Assembly (NCBI GenBank): GCA_963808235.1
Contig: CAWEEQ010000004.1
Coordinates: 2,304,001 to 2,368,000 of the forward strand
DNA length: 64,000 nucleotides
Direction of reading: 5' to 3'
Origin: an uncultured delta proteobacterium
Lineage (GTDB): Bacteria > Desulfobacterota > Binatia > Binatales > Binataceae
Position numbers and translations under genes: made by a program. Under the pieces are notes generated by a model that was given only the letters and a program-made list of their open reading frames with translations, was not told the DNA's origin and did not search any database. Shown in pieces: positions 38,415-48,851 of the stretch (positions are counted from its first letter, which is position 1; each line of letters begins with the position of its first letter).

Positions 38415-40037
38415 ATGAAACGCTTCCTGCTGATACTGGTGGCTTCGGCTCTGCTGCCGGCGACCGCGTGTAGCTTACGCCAGAAACCCACCGGCGAAGA
38501 CTACTATGCGCAGGGCCAGCTTGACTTCGCCCAAAAGGAATACAAGGCCTCGATCGAAAACTATCAGCTTCTGATCGACCAGTTCCCGTTCAGTCCGTAT
38601 GCCGAAGACGCCGAGATGAAAATCGGGCTGGCCTACTATCAATCGAAAGACTATGCCGAGGCGATCGGAGCGCTCGACGACTTTCAGCGGATGCATCCGA
38701 CCAGCCCGAACCTGGAACTCGTCACCTACTACATCGGGATGAGCTACTACGATCAGATGGGGCGCGAGGACCAGGATCAGAGCAAGACGCAGCAGGCGCT
38801 GAAGCGGTTCCAGGAACTCGAGCAACGCTTCCCCGAGGGCGGCTTCGCCGAACTGGCGCATGAAAAAGTGGTGGTATGCCGCGAGATGCTGGCGCGGAAC
38901 GAGATGGTGGTCGGCGACTACTACTACAAGCGCGCGAACTTCCGCGCGGCCGAGTCACGATTCGCCGAGCTGATGCAGAAATATCCGGATACACCGGTCG
39001 CGCCTGACGCGCTGTTCGAGCTCGGCATCTCGCTCGAAAAAGAAGGCAAGAAGTATTCGGCGGCACAGGCGTTCACCGCCGTAGAGAAACACTTTCCCGA
39101 CAGCAATTATGCCAAGCGGGCCGCAGCCGAGCTCAGGAAGCTGCACGAGCCAATCGATACCGAAGAGGATCCGCTGCCGCTGGTGCTTGCCGAAACCGGT
39201 TACGGCGGAGATGCCGAGGACGCCAATGCCGACAAGATAGTCGTGCGCCAGCGCGGGGACACGACGCGCGGCGCGCCGACGGCGTCGGCCTACGGACCGG
39301 ACGGATTACCTCTGTTCAACAGTCCCGCGCCGTCAACCGCGGGCGCATCGGCACTCGCGTCGAGGACGCCTGACATGATGCATGTCCCCGATGCGGCGCC
39401 GCCACCCGCGGGCGCATCGGCGCCGGCGCCTAAGGCGCCAGACATGATGCATGCCCCCGATGCGGCGCCGGCGGCAGCCTCCGCGCCGAGCGGCAGTATC
39501 GTGGGCGCGGCGGCGGCGCAGGCGCGCGCGATGACCGGTCCCGCGGATTCGGTGCCCAGCGCGGCGCAGGTGAAGCAGATTGTCAGCCCGGATTCGACGC
39601 CGCCTGAGCAGCCTTTGCATCCGATGACTACCGCAGATTCAGCTGCGCCGCCGCTTTCGCTAAGAGAGCCGCCGACAACCGGACCCGCCACGTTGAAGAC
39701 GATCAGGTTGTCGTCGAACGATCCGCCGCTGTCGGTCATCCTCGAACTAAGCGGACCAGTGCACTTCGACAAGAACCTGGAATCGAATCCCGAGGGCGCG
39801 ATCGCAACCGTGGTGCTGAAGGATGTCACTCCCGATTCCGGGCTGCAGACTCACCTGGTGTTCGACAAGTCTATCTTCAAGGACTGCAGTATCTCGAGCA
39901 GCTCTTCCGGAACGACGGTGACGCTGAACACGCAGCCAGTGGCGCACTTCGCGGTGGTCCCGCTCGACGGGCCGCCGCGCCTGTTGATGACCTTCACTCC
40001 GCAGGCCGCGGGTCAGAAGACCAGCGCCGCAAGATAA
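38415..40037 (+). CDS. bamD: Outer membrane assembly lipoprotein BamD with long C-terminal extension
   Basis: Lipobox ATAC, TPRs, FPFSPYA, DQDQS.T..A, E..VG.YY.KR. Confidence 0.85.
   Translation: MKRFLLILVASALLPATACSLRQKPTGEDYYAQGQLDFAQKEYKASIENYQLLIDQFPFSPYAEDAEMKIGLAYYQSKDYAEAIGALDDFQRMHPTSPNLELVTYYIGMSYYDQMGREDQDQSKTQQALKRFQELEQRFPEGGFAELAHEKVVVCREMLARNEMVVGDYYYKRANFRAAESRFAELMQKYPDTPVAPDALFELGISLEKEGKKYSAAQAFTAVEKHFPDSNYAKRAAAELRKLHEPIDTEEDPLPLVLAETGYGGDAEDANADKIVVRQRGDTTRGAPTASAYGPDGLPLFNSPAPSTAGASALASRTPDMMHVPDAAPPPAGASAPAPKAPDMMHAPDAAPAAASAPSGSIVGAAAAQARAMTGPADSVPSAAQVKQIVSPDSTPPEQPLHPMTTADSAAPPLSLREPPTTGPATLKTIRLSSNDPPLSVILELSGPVHFDKNLESNPEGAIATVVLKDVTPDSGLQTHLVFDKSIFKDCSISSSSSGTTVTLNTQPVAHFAVVPLDGPPRLLMTFTPQAAGQKTSAAR
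39339..39476 (+). repeat. Intragenic tandem repeat, 2 x 69 bp
   Basis: GCGGGCGCATCGGC...GACATGATGCATG.CCCCGATGCGGCGCCG starting at 39339 and 39408. Confidence 0.8.
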
Positions 40038-40060
40038 AATCAGGCCGGTACTCGATCGAA

Positions 40061-41341
40061 TCAGGAAAAGACTTCGTCAAACCTGATGCCGAGGAATTTC
40101 AGAACGACCTCGGCGTAGACCTTCAGCCCCCAATTGAAGCCGTCGATCGGCAGGCGCTCGTCGTTGCCGTGATAGAGCGAGCCGAACGGCATGTGCGGCT
40201 CGAGTCTGACCGGTGAGAATCCGTAACAGGCCGCGCCGAGCTTCGAGTAAAATTTGTTGTCGGTCGCGCCGGGAATCATCCAGGGGATCGCGAGTGAGCC
40301 CGGGTCGGCCGCCTCGATGGTGCTCTTTATCAATTCGAACAACGGAGTGTCGGCGCTGGTTTCGGCCGGCGGCGCGGATTTGATCAGCTCGAAGGTCGGT
40401 TCCGGCCCGACGATTTGGCGCAGCTCGGCCATGAAGCTTTCGGGATCTTCGCCGGGCAGCGTGCGTCCGTCGAGCACGATCGTCGCCTCGCCGGGGATCA
40501 CGTTGTCCTTGTAGCCGGCGCGCAGAATCGTCGGCGAGACCGTGTTGGCGAGCATCGGCTGAAACAACGGCCCCGGAGAATCCACCGACACTCCCAGCTC
40601 CTCGAGCGTCTTGCGCATAAACGGCGAAACGTTCTTGCGCATCGGCGTCTTCACGATCCTGGTGATCAGTTCGGAGATTCGCGAGATAGCGGTGTCGCTG
40701 CGCGGCATCGATCCATGCCCCGGCATCGCAGTCACCTTCATCTTGACCGTGACGAAGCCCTTCTCCGCAATCTGGATCGGATAGTAGCGGCGATTTCCCA
40801 GGTGGATCGTGAAGCCGCCCACCTCGTTGAGCACGTAGGCCGCGCGGACCAGCTCGGGATGGCGCTCGACGAGGAATTTTGCGCCATAGTCGGAGCCGGC
40901 CTCCTCGTCAGCGACCGCGGCCATGATGACGTTGCGATCAGGCTTCACGCTCGCGCGCTTCATCGCGGTCATCAGCACGAGATCCATCACGCATTTCGAT
41001 TTCATGTCGATGGAGCCGCGCCCCCAGACGCATCCGTCGGCGATTTCGCCGCTGAACGGCTCCCGCGTCCATCCCGAGCGCTCGACGGGCACGACATCGG
41101 TATGCGAGGAGAGCAGCAACGCGCCCTTGGATGAATCGGTACCGGGATATCGGGCGACCAGATTGCCCCGGGTCGGCGCGCCCTCGCGGATCACGGACTC
41201 TACACCGTGGGCGCCGAGCACGTCGGCTAAATAGTCGGCGGCGACTCGTTCATTGCCGGGCGGATTGGTGGTGTCGAGGCGGATGAGCGCGCGCAAAGAG
41301 TCGAGCGCCTGATTCTGAAACGTCTGCCACGAGGTCGTCAT
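40061..41341 (-). CDS. M20/M25/M40 metallo-hydrolase
   Basis: SHTDVVP, GRGSIDMK, ADEE, GHGS.P, HG.DER. Confidence 0.9.
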   Translation of the reverse strand: MTTSWQTFQNQALDSLRALIRLDTTNPPGNERVAADYLADVLGAHGVESVIREGAPTRGNLVARYPGTDSSKGALLLSSHTDVVPVERSGWTREPFSGEIADGCVWGRGSIDMKSKCVMDLVLMTAMKRASVKPDRNVIMAAVADEEAGSDYGAKFLVERHPELVRAAYVLNEVGGFTIHLGNRRYYPIQIAEKGFVTVKMKVTAMPGHGSMPRSDTAISRISELITRIVKTPMRKNVSPFMRKTLEELGVSVDSPGPLFQPMLANTVSPTILRAGYKDNVIPGEATIVLDGRTLPGEDPESFMAELRQIVGPEPTFELIKSAPPAETSADTPLFELIKSTIEAADPGSLAIPWMIPGATDNKFYSKLGAACYGFSPVRLEPHMPFGSLYHGNDERLPIDGFNWGLKVYAEVVLKFLGIRFDEVFS

Positions 41342-41520
41342 CGGGTCCTCATTAATGATGCTCCCTTGTCATATAAAAGCTACAATCAGTTACGACACAA
41401 GTATAGACGTTTCGACGCCGATTATTGCGACAAGTAGCGCACAAAGAAAGCCTTTCGGAGCGGCGCAATCGTGGGCGATAGCGTCCGGTTGCCGCCGGAT
41501 ATACGCTCGGGCGAAAGTCG

Positions 41521-42351
41521 ATGGGGATGAAAATCATATGTATCGAGCGGGTAATCGTCGCGGTTCGGGCGCTTGACGAGTCGCGCGAGAGCTGGCGGCA
41601 GGCTGGATTCGGTATCGCGCCGGCTACCTTCGAGGATCGCGGGATGCGCCTTGCGAGGATGGCCGCGGGGGCGGTGGAAATCGATCTTTGTGAAGTCGAC
41701 GCTCACGGTGAAGCTGGGTGGTTGGCGGCGCCGATACGCGAAGCCGTCGAGAACGGCGGCGGAATCGTCGGATGGGTCTGGGGCGTGAAGGGCACGCAGG
41801 CTCCGAATCCCGCACCATCGTCCAACGAATCAATCGTGCTGCCGAGTTTGGTGGAGCCGACGACAGGCGTGGAGATGCTTTCGTCGGAGCTACCCGGGGT
41901 TGTTACCGCGGCAGCGAAAACGAACCTCGATATTGAGTCGCGGCGGCTGAAGCTTCGCGACTTGTGCGGGCCCAACTCCAACTCGGTCGACTATCTCGAG
42001 CATATCGTCGTGATGACACCGGCTCTGGATGACGCAATCGCAGCGAACGAAGCGGTCGGCGTAGCGTGCAAAAGAGTCCGTGAAGTTGGGAACGGAGCGC
42101 GGCAGGCGTTCTTCAAGCTCGAGCAGACGGTGGTCGAAGTGGTCGGTCCCGCGCGCGGAAAGCCCGGGTGCTGGGGACTCGCGCTGATGTGCACAGATAT
42201 CGCGCATGCGGTCGCGACCGTGCGCGCCGGTGGGCTCCAGGCGACCGAGCCGAAGCTCGCGATCCAGGGCGGACAGATCGCGCGAGTCGTCGAGCCGCTC
42301 GATGGGGTCGCGATCGCGTTCATGCAAGCAGGCCCGCGCCGCGACGACTAG
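41521..42351 (+). CDS. Tandem VOC/glyoxalase-fold protein
   Basis: Two VOC-like halves (IERVIVAV..L and LEHIVV...LDDA). Confidence 0.7.
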   Translation: MGMKIICIERVIVAVRALDESRESWRQAGFGIAPATFEDRGMRLARMAAGAVEIDLCEVDAHGEAGWLAAPIREAVENGGGIVGWVWGVKGTQAPNPAPSSNESIVLPSLVEPTTGVEMLSSELPGVVTAAAKTNLDIESRRLKLRDLCGPNSNSVDYLEHIVVMTPALDDAIAANEAVGVACKRVREVGNGARQAFFKLEQTVVEVVGPARGKPGCWGLALMCTDIAHAVATVRAGGLQATEPKLAIQGGQIARVVEPLDGVAIAFMQAGPRRDD

Positions 42352-42415
42352 GTTATCGCAGTCGGTGGAAGACGGCAGGTCGGCAAACTATGCTTTACGG
42401 TCAGGAGAGCAATCG

Positions 42416-43306
42416 ATGAGCATCAAACATCTGGCGGCCTCGGCTTCCGGCGATGAAATCTGCGCGGCGCTTAATGAGGACGGAGCCTGCGTGGTCGATC
42501 ACGTTGTGGCGCCGGAGATCATGGACGAGGTCGCGGCGGAACTGCGTCCGTTCACCGAGGCTACCGCGTTCGGCCCCGATGATTTCAGCGGGCGGCGCAC
42601 CAAGCGCACCGGCGGTCTAATCGCGCGGTCGAAGACATGCCGGGACCTCGTGATGCATCCGACGGTGCTCGGCGGAGTCGGCAAGCTGCTCGGTCACGCC
42701 ACCAGCTTTCAGTTGCATCTGACGCAAATCATTTCGATCGGCGCGGGAGAGCCGGCGCAAACGATTCATCGCGATCAGTGGGCGTTTGATTTCTTCTCTT
42801 TTCCCCGCGGCTACGAGGTTCAGTGCAATACGATCTGGGCGATGACCGACTTCACGGCGGAGAACGGCGCGACGCGCGTCATTCCGGGAAGCAATCGATA
42901 CGACGACAAGCTGCGCTTTACCGAGAGCGATACCGAGCCGGCCGAGATGGCAAAGGGGTCGGTGCTATTCTATACGGGCAGCATCTACCACGGCGGCGGC
43001 GCCAACCGCTCGAATGGTACTCGCAGCGGAATTAACATTACCTACAACGTTTCGTGGTTGCGCCAGGAAGAAAACCAATACCTATCGTGCCCGCCGGAAA
43101 TTGCGCGGACGCTGCCGGTCGAGTTGCTCCGTCTGATGGGGTACAGGCTCGGCGCGTATGCCCTTGGCTACGTGGACGATCTGCGCGATCCGATCGAAGT
43201 AGTTCGTCCCGATTTGGCCCGAAATGGTTTCAGCCCCGTGCTGGATACGGAAAAATCTGCGCCGCCCTCGAATACTCAGTCGGTCAGATCGAACGGACAA
43301 AACTGA
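42416..43306 (+). CDS. Phytanoyl-CoA dioxygenase family (2OG-Fe(II))
   Basis: HRD, WAMTDFT.ENGAT.VIPGS, HGGGAN, LRQEEN. Confidence 0.9.
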   Translation: MSIKHLAASASGDEICAALNEDGACVVDHVVAPEIMDEVAAELRPFTEATAFGPDDFSGRRTKRTGGLIARSKTCRDLVMHPTVLGGVGKLLGHATSFQLHLTQIISIGAGEPAQTIHRDQWAFDFFSFPRGYEVQCNTIWAMTDFTAENGATRVIPGSNRYDDKLRFTESDTEPAEMAKGSVLFYTGSIYHGGGANRSNGTRSGINITYNVSWLRQEENQYLSCPPEIARTLPVELLRLMGYRLGAYALGYVDDLRDPIEVVRPDLARNGFSPVLDTEKSAPPSNTQSVRSNGQN

Positions 43307-43753
43307 TTAGTCAGTCGGGGTCCAGGACTCGTTGCCTTGCGATCCGGCCATTTTGTCCCGATCGGTTCCGATAAGTCCGAGATGGGTGCTTCCGAATGAA
43401 GTTGGATACTTGAGCCCATAGCCGAGAAAGCGATCCAGGCCAATGTGGGCGGTCCATATACAAAGGAACGGGAGTATCCCGGCTCTGTAGATGGCGATCG
43501 CGACCGTCGCCAGACCGAGCGGCAACAAGTAACTATGGACGATGTTGTAAGAGAGGCTCCCGGCTTTCGTGTTGAGAAGGTAGGGAAGCATCGCAAGATC
43601 GGGGACCAGGAGCAGCCCGATAAACATCCACCAGCTCGACCCTGTGTGCCAATAGAAAAGCGCGCTGAGTACCAGGACGGCCAGTCCTTCGGCTTTGAGC
43701 CAAGTGCGAACGGCGCCAGTGACGGCGCCGTCCGATAGTGCTTTAGCAGTCAT
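43307..43753 (-). CDS. DUF4260 membrane protein
   Basis: PDL.M..Y, YN.VH, AHIG.DR.LGYGLKY...F..THLG. Confidence 0.88.
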   Translation of the reverse strand: MTAKALSDGAVTGAVRTWLKAEGLAVLVLSALFYWHTGSSWWMFIGLLLVPDLAMLPYLLNTKAGSLSYNIVHSYLLPLGLATVAIAIYRAGILPFLCIWTAHIGLDRFLGYGLKYPTSFGSTHLGLIGTDRDKMAGSQGNESWTPTD

Positions 43754-43837
43754 TTCGACGAGCCCCTCCTTACCGTCGCAAAATCTCCTGGCTCGTCGCT
43801 GAGGCTCAAGGCCGTAGCTTCGATTAGACTCGCGAGA

Positions 43838-44863
43838 CTATTGCGGGTCGGCGAGCTTTAGCAGTTGCTTGCCGAAGTTTGCGCCGGTGAACAGGCGGAT
43901 GATCGTTTTCGGCGCGTTCTCGAGGCCATGCTGCAGGTCGACCTGATTTTTGAGTTTTCCTTCCGCATACCATTTCTGCAGGTCGGCAATCGCCTCGGAG
44001 TAGCGCTGGAGGAAATGAAAGACGAGGAATCCTTCCATCCGCGCGTGATGCAGGATCAGGTTGAAGTAATTCTTCGGACCGGTCGGCTGTTTGCTGCCCA
44101 TGTCGTTGTATTGCGAGATCGCGCCGCACACAACGATTCGAGCACGGTCGGCGATCCGCGCGAGTGCATCATCGAGGATCTCGCCGCCGACGTTGTCGAA
44201 GTAGACGTCGATCCCCTTGGGGCAGTGGCGCGACAGCGCCGCGCCGACTTTCTCGTTCTTGTAATCGATCGCGGCGTCGAATTCGGCCACCTTCGTGAGC
44301 CATTCGCACTTCTCGCGTCCGCCCGCGATTCCGACCACGTTGCATCCTTTGATCTTTGCGATCATGCCGGAAACTGAGCCGGTGGCGCCGGCCGCACCGG
44401 AGACCACGAATGTCTCGCCCGCTTTCGCCTGCCCGACCGCAAGCGTGCCGAAGTATGCGGTCAATCCGGTCGTTCCGAACAGTGAAAGCGCCAGGACTGG
44501 ATCGGTGCCTGCGGGCAGCTTTTGCAATCCCATCAGGCCCTCACCGCCGTTGACCGTGTAGTCCTCCCATCCGAAGAGTCCCTGCACGAGATCGCCCTTG
44601 GCGAAGCCGGGCCGCTTTGATTCCACGACTTGTCCGATGGTGCCGGCCTTCATCACCTCGCCAATTGGGATCGCCTTCATGTAAGTATCCATCGACATCC
44701 ACCCGCGCTGGGTCGGGTCGAACGAGAAGGCGAGATTGCGCACCAGGACCTGTCCATCCTTGAGCGGCGCGACTGGCGCTTCATTCCATCGGAAATCGCT
44801 TTCCTTGATCATGCCGCTCGGGCGCGCCGCGAGCAGCCATTGCCGATTTTTCAGTTCTGCCAT
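43838..44863 (-). CDS. NADP-dependent oxidoreductase (CurA/PtgR, MDR family)
   Basis: DP.QRGWM, GLTAYFG, SGAAGATG, YFDNVGG, G.NFGK. Confidence 0.92.
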   Translation of the reverse strand: MAELKNRQWLLAARPSGMIKESDFRWNEAPVAPLKDGQVLVRNLAFSFDPTQRGWMSMDTYMKAIPIGEVMKAGTIGQVVESKRPGFAKGDLVQGLFGWEDYTVNGGEGLMGLQKLPAGTDPVLALSLFGTTGLTAYFGTLAVGQAKAGETFVVSGAAGATGSVSGMIAKIKGCNVVGIAGGREKCEWLTKVAEFDAAIDYKNEKVGAALSRHCPKGIDVYFDNVGGEILDDALARIADRARIVVCGAISQYNDMGSKQPTGPKNYFNLILHHARMEGFLVFHFLQRYSEAIADLQKWYAEGKLKNQVDLQHGLENAPKTIIRLFTGANFGKQLLKLADPQ

Positions 44864-45000
44864 CGAGATATCTCCGGAACCGAACTTGCCTACCTGGAAC
44901 TGGACTTAGCGGATAAGCAAAAAAGTCGCAAACCTCTTTCCCGGAATCAAGGGCGACACAAATCGAAGAAGGTCTATAATGTACGCGAGGCGCGGCGAAA

Positions 45001-45645
45001 GTGAGCGTCAATATTCGAGCGGGAAAAAGAGAAGACGCGAGCTTTCTGGCGCGGGTGATGATGCTCTCGTCGCGGGGCCATCTGCAGCGCGGGGTCTGGG
45101 ATCTGATTGCCGGAGGTTCGGAGCAATACTGCCAGGACTATCTGCGGCGGCTCGCGCTAACGGAGCCGGTGTCGCTGTGTCACTATTCGAGTTTCATCGT
45201 CGCGGAGCACGATCGCATTCCGGCGGCGGCGCTGTGCGGATTCGATCCGACCGCGGGTGGATGGCAACTGCTGGCGGAGGCGATGAAGAACGTCCAGCGA
45301 GCTATGGGCTGGAGTCAAACGCACGAAAAGGCGTCGGCCGAGCGATCGGCGCCGGTCTGGACCTGCACGTTCGACACGCTCGACGGCGCGTGGGTGATCG
45401 AGTCGGTCGCGACGATGCCCGAGTTCCGCAGGCGCGGCCTGGCCGATTCGTTGATGGCTGAGATACTCGAAGCCGGCCGGGCAGGCGGGCATCGGCTCGC
45501 CCAGCTCACGATTCTCATCGGCAATGTTGCGGCGCAGCGCGCTTACGAGAAGGCCGGGTTCAGAGTGCTGGACGAAAAGCGGCATCGCGACTTCGAGGCC
45601 GCGCTCGGCGCGCCGGGCTTCATGCGGATGGTCCGCGATTACTAG
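45001..45645 (+). CDS. GNAT N-acetyltransferase
   Basis: PEFRRRGLA, N..AQRAYEKAGF. Confidence 0.85.
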   Translation: MSVNIRAGKREDASFLARVMMLSSRGHLQRGVWDLIAGGSEQYCQDYLRRLALTEPVSLCHYSSFIVAEHDRIPAAALCGFDPTAGGWQLLAEAMKNVQRAMGWSQTHEKASAERSAPVWTCTFDTLDGAWVIESVATMPEFRRRGLADSLMAEILEAGRAGGHRLAQLTILIGNVAAQRAYEKAGFRVLDEKRHRDFEAALGAPGFMRMVRDY

Positions 45646-45714
45646 TCGGCACTATACTCAGTAGGGTGATTGGCATAGCTACTGAGTAATCGCCGGGGAC
45701 AAGGAGAAGCATCC

Positions 45715-46479
45715 ATGTCAATGATGGGACGGTTCGTGCAGGTCACGCCGGAGCGGCTTGCTCAAATCATCGACGATCCTTCGCAGGTAACTGCGCTGCT
45801 CGAAGGCGATGAGAGTTCCGGCGCCCCCGGCGGATTCCCGTCGGGGCCGATCGGAGACATGACGCAGTTGCTGGCTCGCGCTCCGAAGCTTCTCGAGGCT
45901 TCCATGAAGACGATGGATCCGGCGATGAGAGAAATGATCAAGCAGCGGCTTGCCGCCGCGGGAATCAACACCGACGCGATGGCGAGCGGCAAAGACGCCG
46001 ACGCACTCGTGAAATTGATGACCGAACGCAGCCAGGCGCTCGCCGCGAAGCTCGGCACGCGAACGCCGGGTAAAACGCCTGCCCCTTTCGGCAAATCGAG
46101 CCCGGGCGCCAAGATCTCAATCGATAAAGCGTGGCACGGAGTCCACTACCTGCTATGCGGTCAGGTCGAGCCCGGCGCCACCATTCCGAGTCAGGCCGTG
46201 ATGGGCGGGACCGAGATCGGCGAAGATCTCGGCTACGGCCCGGCACGATACTTCGTGGCCGACAAGGTGCGCGAGATCGCCGAGGAACTGAGCCGCCCCG
46301 ATCTCGAAGCGGAAATGATCGCGCGCTACGATCCCCACGAGATGGTCCGCCTGGGAATCTATCCCGACGGTTGGAAGCCTGGTGATAGGGGTTGGCTGAT
46401 GGAAGCGTTTCACTGCCTGCGGCAATTCTATCTCGACGCAAGCGCAGCAAACCTGGCCGTCATCGCGACGCTGGATTGA
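45715..46479 (+). CDS. YfbM/DUF1877 family protein with internal insertion
   Basis: IDKAWHGVHYLL, LGYGPARY, IYP..W. Confidence 0.8.
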   Translation: MSMMGRFVQVTPERLAQIIDDPSQVTALLEGDESSGAPGGFPSGPIGDMTQLLARAPKLLEASMKTMDPAMREMIKQRLAAAGINTDAMASGKDADALVKLMTERSQALAAKLGTRTPGKTPAPFGKSSPGAKISIDKAWHGVHYLLCGQVEPGATIPSQAVMGGTEIGEDLGYGPARYFVADKVREIAEELSRPDLEAEMIARYDPHEMVRLGIYPDGWKPGDRGWLMEAFHCLRQFYLDASAANLAVIATLD

Positions 46480-46482
46480 ACG

Positions 46483-47190
46483 CTAGAAATTGCGCTGGCC
46501 GAAGAAGACGGCGTTGATGCCGCGTTTGGTCGCAGCGATCGCTTCCGGCGATTTCGCCGCCATCGATTTAGCCAGTTCCCGCGCGGCCGGCATCAACTCG
46601 GCGGGCTTCACGACTCGATTCAGCAGGCCCATCGCGAGCAGCTCCTCAGCCTTGTAGTGGCTGCATCCGAGGATAGCTTCCTTGGCGCGCCATGGACCGA
46701 GCCTCGCGGCGAGCACGTTGGCCGGCGCGCCGCGAAACGGCACCTCGAGATCGACTTCCGGCACCCAGAACTCAGCGCCCTCGACCGCGATTGCAAAATC
46801 GAGCGCGAGTGCGAATGACCATCCGCCGCCGACTGCGGCGCCGTTGATCGCGCCGATCGTTACCTGGTCGAGATGCGCCAGCACGTCGAATGCGCGTCCG
46901 ATCAGCCGGGGCAATCTTTTTGCGAAGTCGCTCGCGCGTCGGCGCTGCTCGCCAGGATCGGTCGGGGAGCCGGCGTCATCCCTGAATAGGGCTGTGTCGG
47001 CGCCGGCGCAAAATGCGGCGCCCTGCCCGGTCACGATCAAGACGCGGCAGTCGCGATCATCTCGGACTTCCTGAAGATGGCGCTCGAATTCGAGGATCAC
47101 TTCCTGGTTCAAACAGTTGCGGCGCTCGGGGCGGCTGAAGGTCAGCGTGGTGATCGGACCTTCTTTCTCGACGAGGAAGTTTGATGGCAT
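46483..47190 (-). CDS. Enoyl-CoA hydratase/isomerase family protein
   Basis: AFCAGAD, INGAAVGGG, PE. Confidence 0.88.
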   Translation of the reverse strand: MPSNFLVEKEGPITTLTFSRPERRNCLNQEVILEFERHLQEVRDDRDCRVLIVTGQGAAFCAGADTALFRDDAGSPTDPGEQRRRASDFAKRLPRLIGRAFDVLAHLDQVTIGAINGAAVGGGWSFALALDFAIAVEGAEFWVPEVDLEVPFRGAPANVLAARLGPWRAKEAILGCSHYKAEELLAMGLLNRVVKPAELMPAARELAKSMAAKSPEAIAATKRGINAVFFGQRNF

Positions 47191-47253
47191 CAGGTCTACT
47201 GTTTACTGGTTGAATCGGCGGAAAACCAGCAATTCGTAAAATCTGTTGAGGCG

Positions 47254-48801
47254 TTACGGAGTGCAGCGGCCCGTGCGGATTGCGATTTCGCGCAGCTTGG
47301 CGACGCGCAACTTGATTGCGCGGCTGCGGCGCAGCCGTTCCAGGGTCATCGGCAATCTATATGTCCAGTTCGAATCGTCGACCGTGCCTGGGCGGTTGAT
47401 TTGATCGGTCCATCCGTACAAATCCTGAATCGGAATGATCAGCAGGCGCGACGGAGCCGCGTAGAGCGCCGCGAGGATCGCGTCGCGCGCTGAGTCGTCG
47501 AGCATCGCCCGCGGATTCAGCCGCATTTCAATTCCGAGCGCGCGCACCAGCTTTTCGCGATCGGCAATGGACTGCTCGCTCCACCACGTCGTGAGAGATT
47601 CCGTATCGTGGGTGCCAGTGGTCGCAAGCGACAATTCAGGATAGGTCGCGGGGCTCAGAAACGTTTCGTCGGGTTCGCCCCAATTGCGCTCCCATTGCAT
47701 CACCTTGTATCCCGGCACACCGAGATGCGTAAGCGATGCGCGCACCCATGGCGGCACGGTGCCGAGGTCCTCCGCGATGATCTCAGCGGTGCCGGCTTCG
47801 TTCTTGATAGCGCGGACGATCTCCTCGCCCTGGATTCGCTGCTGGTCTTCGTTCTCGGGGGTGAAGACTCCGGCTTCATCGGAATCGGCGCCAAAGTTGA
47901 AAGTTCGATAAAGCCCGACCACGTGATCGATGCGGATCAAATCGTAGCGCGAACTGGCGAGACGAACGCGCGCACGCAGGAATGTGAAGCCGTTGACGCG
48001 CATCCGCTCCCAGTGCGGCAGCGGCAGACCCCATCGCTGACCGGTGAGATTGAAACCGTCGGGGGGCGCGCCGACCGAGCGCACGAGATCGAAGTCATTT
48101 TGATTGGCCCATACTTCGGCGCTCTCGCGGCACGGCGAGAACGCAAGGTCGCCGCCAATTCGCACTCCGCGCGCGGCCGCGTACGCGCGCATCGATGACC
48201 ACTGACGATGCGCGACGAATTGCCAGTAGCGGTACATCTCGATCGAGTCGGCCAATTCGCGCCACGCCGCCGCGAGCGCTTTGGGATCGCGGCGGACTAG
48301 CTCGGCGGGCCACGACTCCCAGCTCGACCATTCGAAATGTTCTTTCAACGCACGGAACAACGCGTAGTCGTCGAGCCAGTAGGCATTGGCCGTCGCGAAG
48401 GCCCCACGCTGCGCGGCCTCGTCGCGTCCGTCACGCGCGCCAGTCGCGCGATATGCGCGCTCGAGCAGAGCCAGCTTTTCGCGCCGCACCGTCAACCGAG
48501 GAACGACGCTTGCCTTTCCGACCGCCGTGCGTGCGCGGGCGAGCACGACGCGCCCTACTCCGGGAAGGTCGCGGATCGAGATGTACATTGGATCGATCGC
48601 ATTCACGCTTAGCGCACTGTAGGGGCTCTGTTCGTCGGGGCCGGTCTCGTCGAGCGGCAGGAGCTGGATCACCGAGCAGCCCATCTCGATCGCGAAATCG
48701 ATCGTCGGCGCGAGATCGAGAATCTCGCCGCGTCCGAGACTGTCGCGGGTGCGAAGTGAGAAGAGCGGCACAAGAACGCCCGCCGATCGGGTGACCATCA
48801 C
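47254..48801 (-). CDS. malQ: 4-alpha-glucanotransferase (GH77)
   Basis: QLLPL, SPYS, GAPPD, GQ.WG.P, RIDH, IAEDLG, TGTHD, IN.PGT...NW. Confidence 0.92.
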   Translation of the reverse strand: MMVTRSAGVLVPLFSLRTRDSLGRGEILDLAPTIDFAIEMGCSVIQLLPLDETGPDEQSPYSALSVNAIDPMYISIRDLPGVGRVVLARARTAVGKASVVPRLTVRREKLALLERAYRATGARDGRDEAAQRGAFATANAYWLDDYALFRALKEHFEWSSWESWPAELVRRDPKALAAAWRELADSIEMYRYWQFVAHRQWSSMRAYAAARGVRIGGDLAFSPCRESAEVWANQNDFDLVRSVGAPPDGFNLTGQRWGLPLPHWERMRVNGFTFLRARVRLASSRYDLIRIDHVVGLYRTFNFGADSDEAGVFTPENEDQQRIQGEEIVRAIKNEAGTAEIIAEDLGTVPPWVRASLTHLGVPGYKVMQWERNWGEPDETFLSPATYPELSLATTGTHDTESLTTWWSEQSIADREKLVRALGIEMRLNPRAMLDDSARDAILAALYAAPSRLLIIPIQDLYGWTDQINRPGTVDDSNWTYRLPMTLERLRRSRAIKLRVAKLREIAIRTGRCTP

Positions 48802-48851
48802 GTGGACTGCATCTTGCTTGAGTTCTCAGGGATTCCGGCAATCGCGATTGT

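Noticed and set aside
41342-41520. Possible riboswitch/ncRNA in a divergent intergenic region with short stems
   Set aside because: No match to riboswitch consensus sequences I know. It is adequately explained as promoter DNA, though an Rfam/Infernal scan would settle it.
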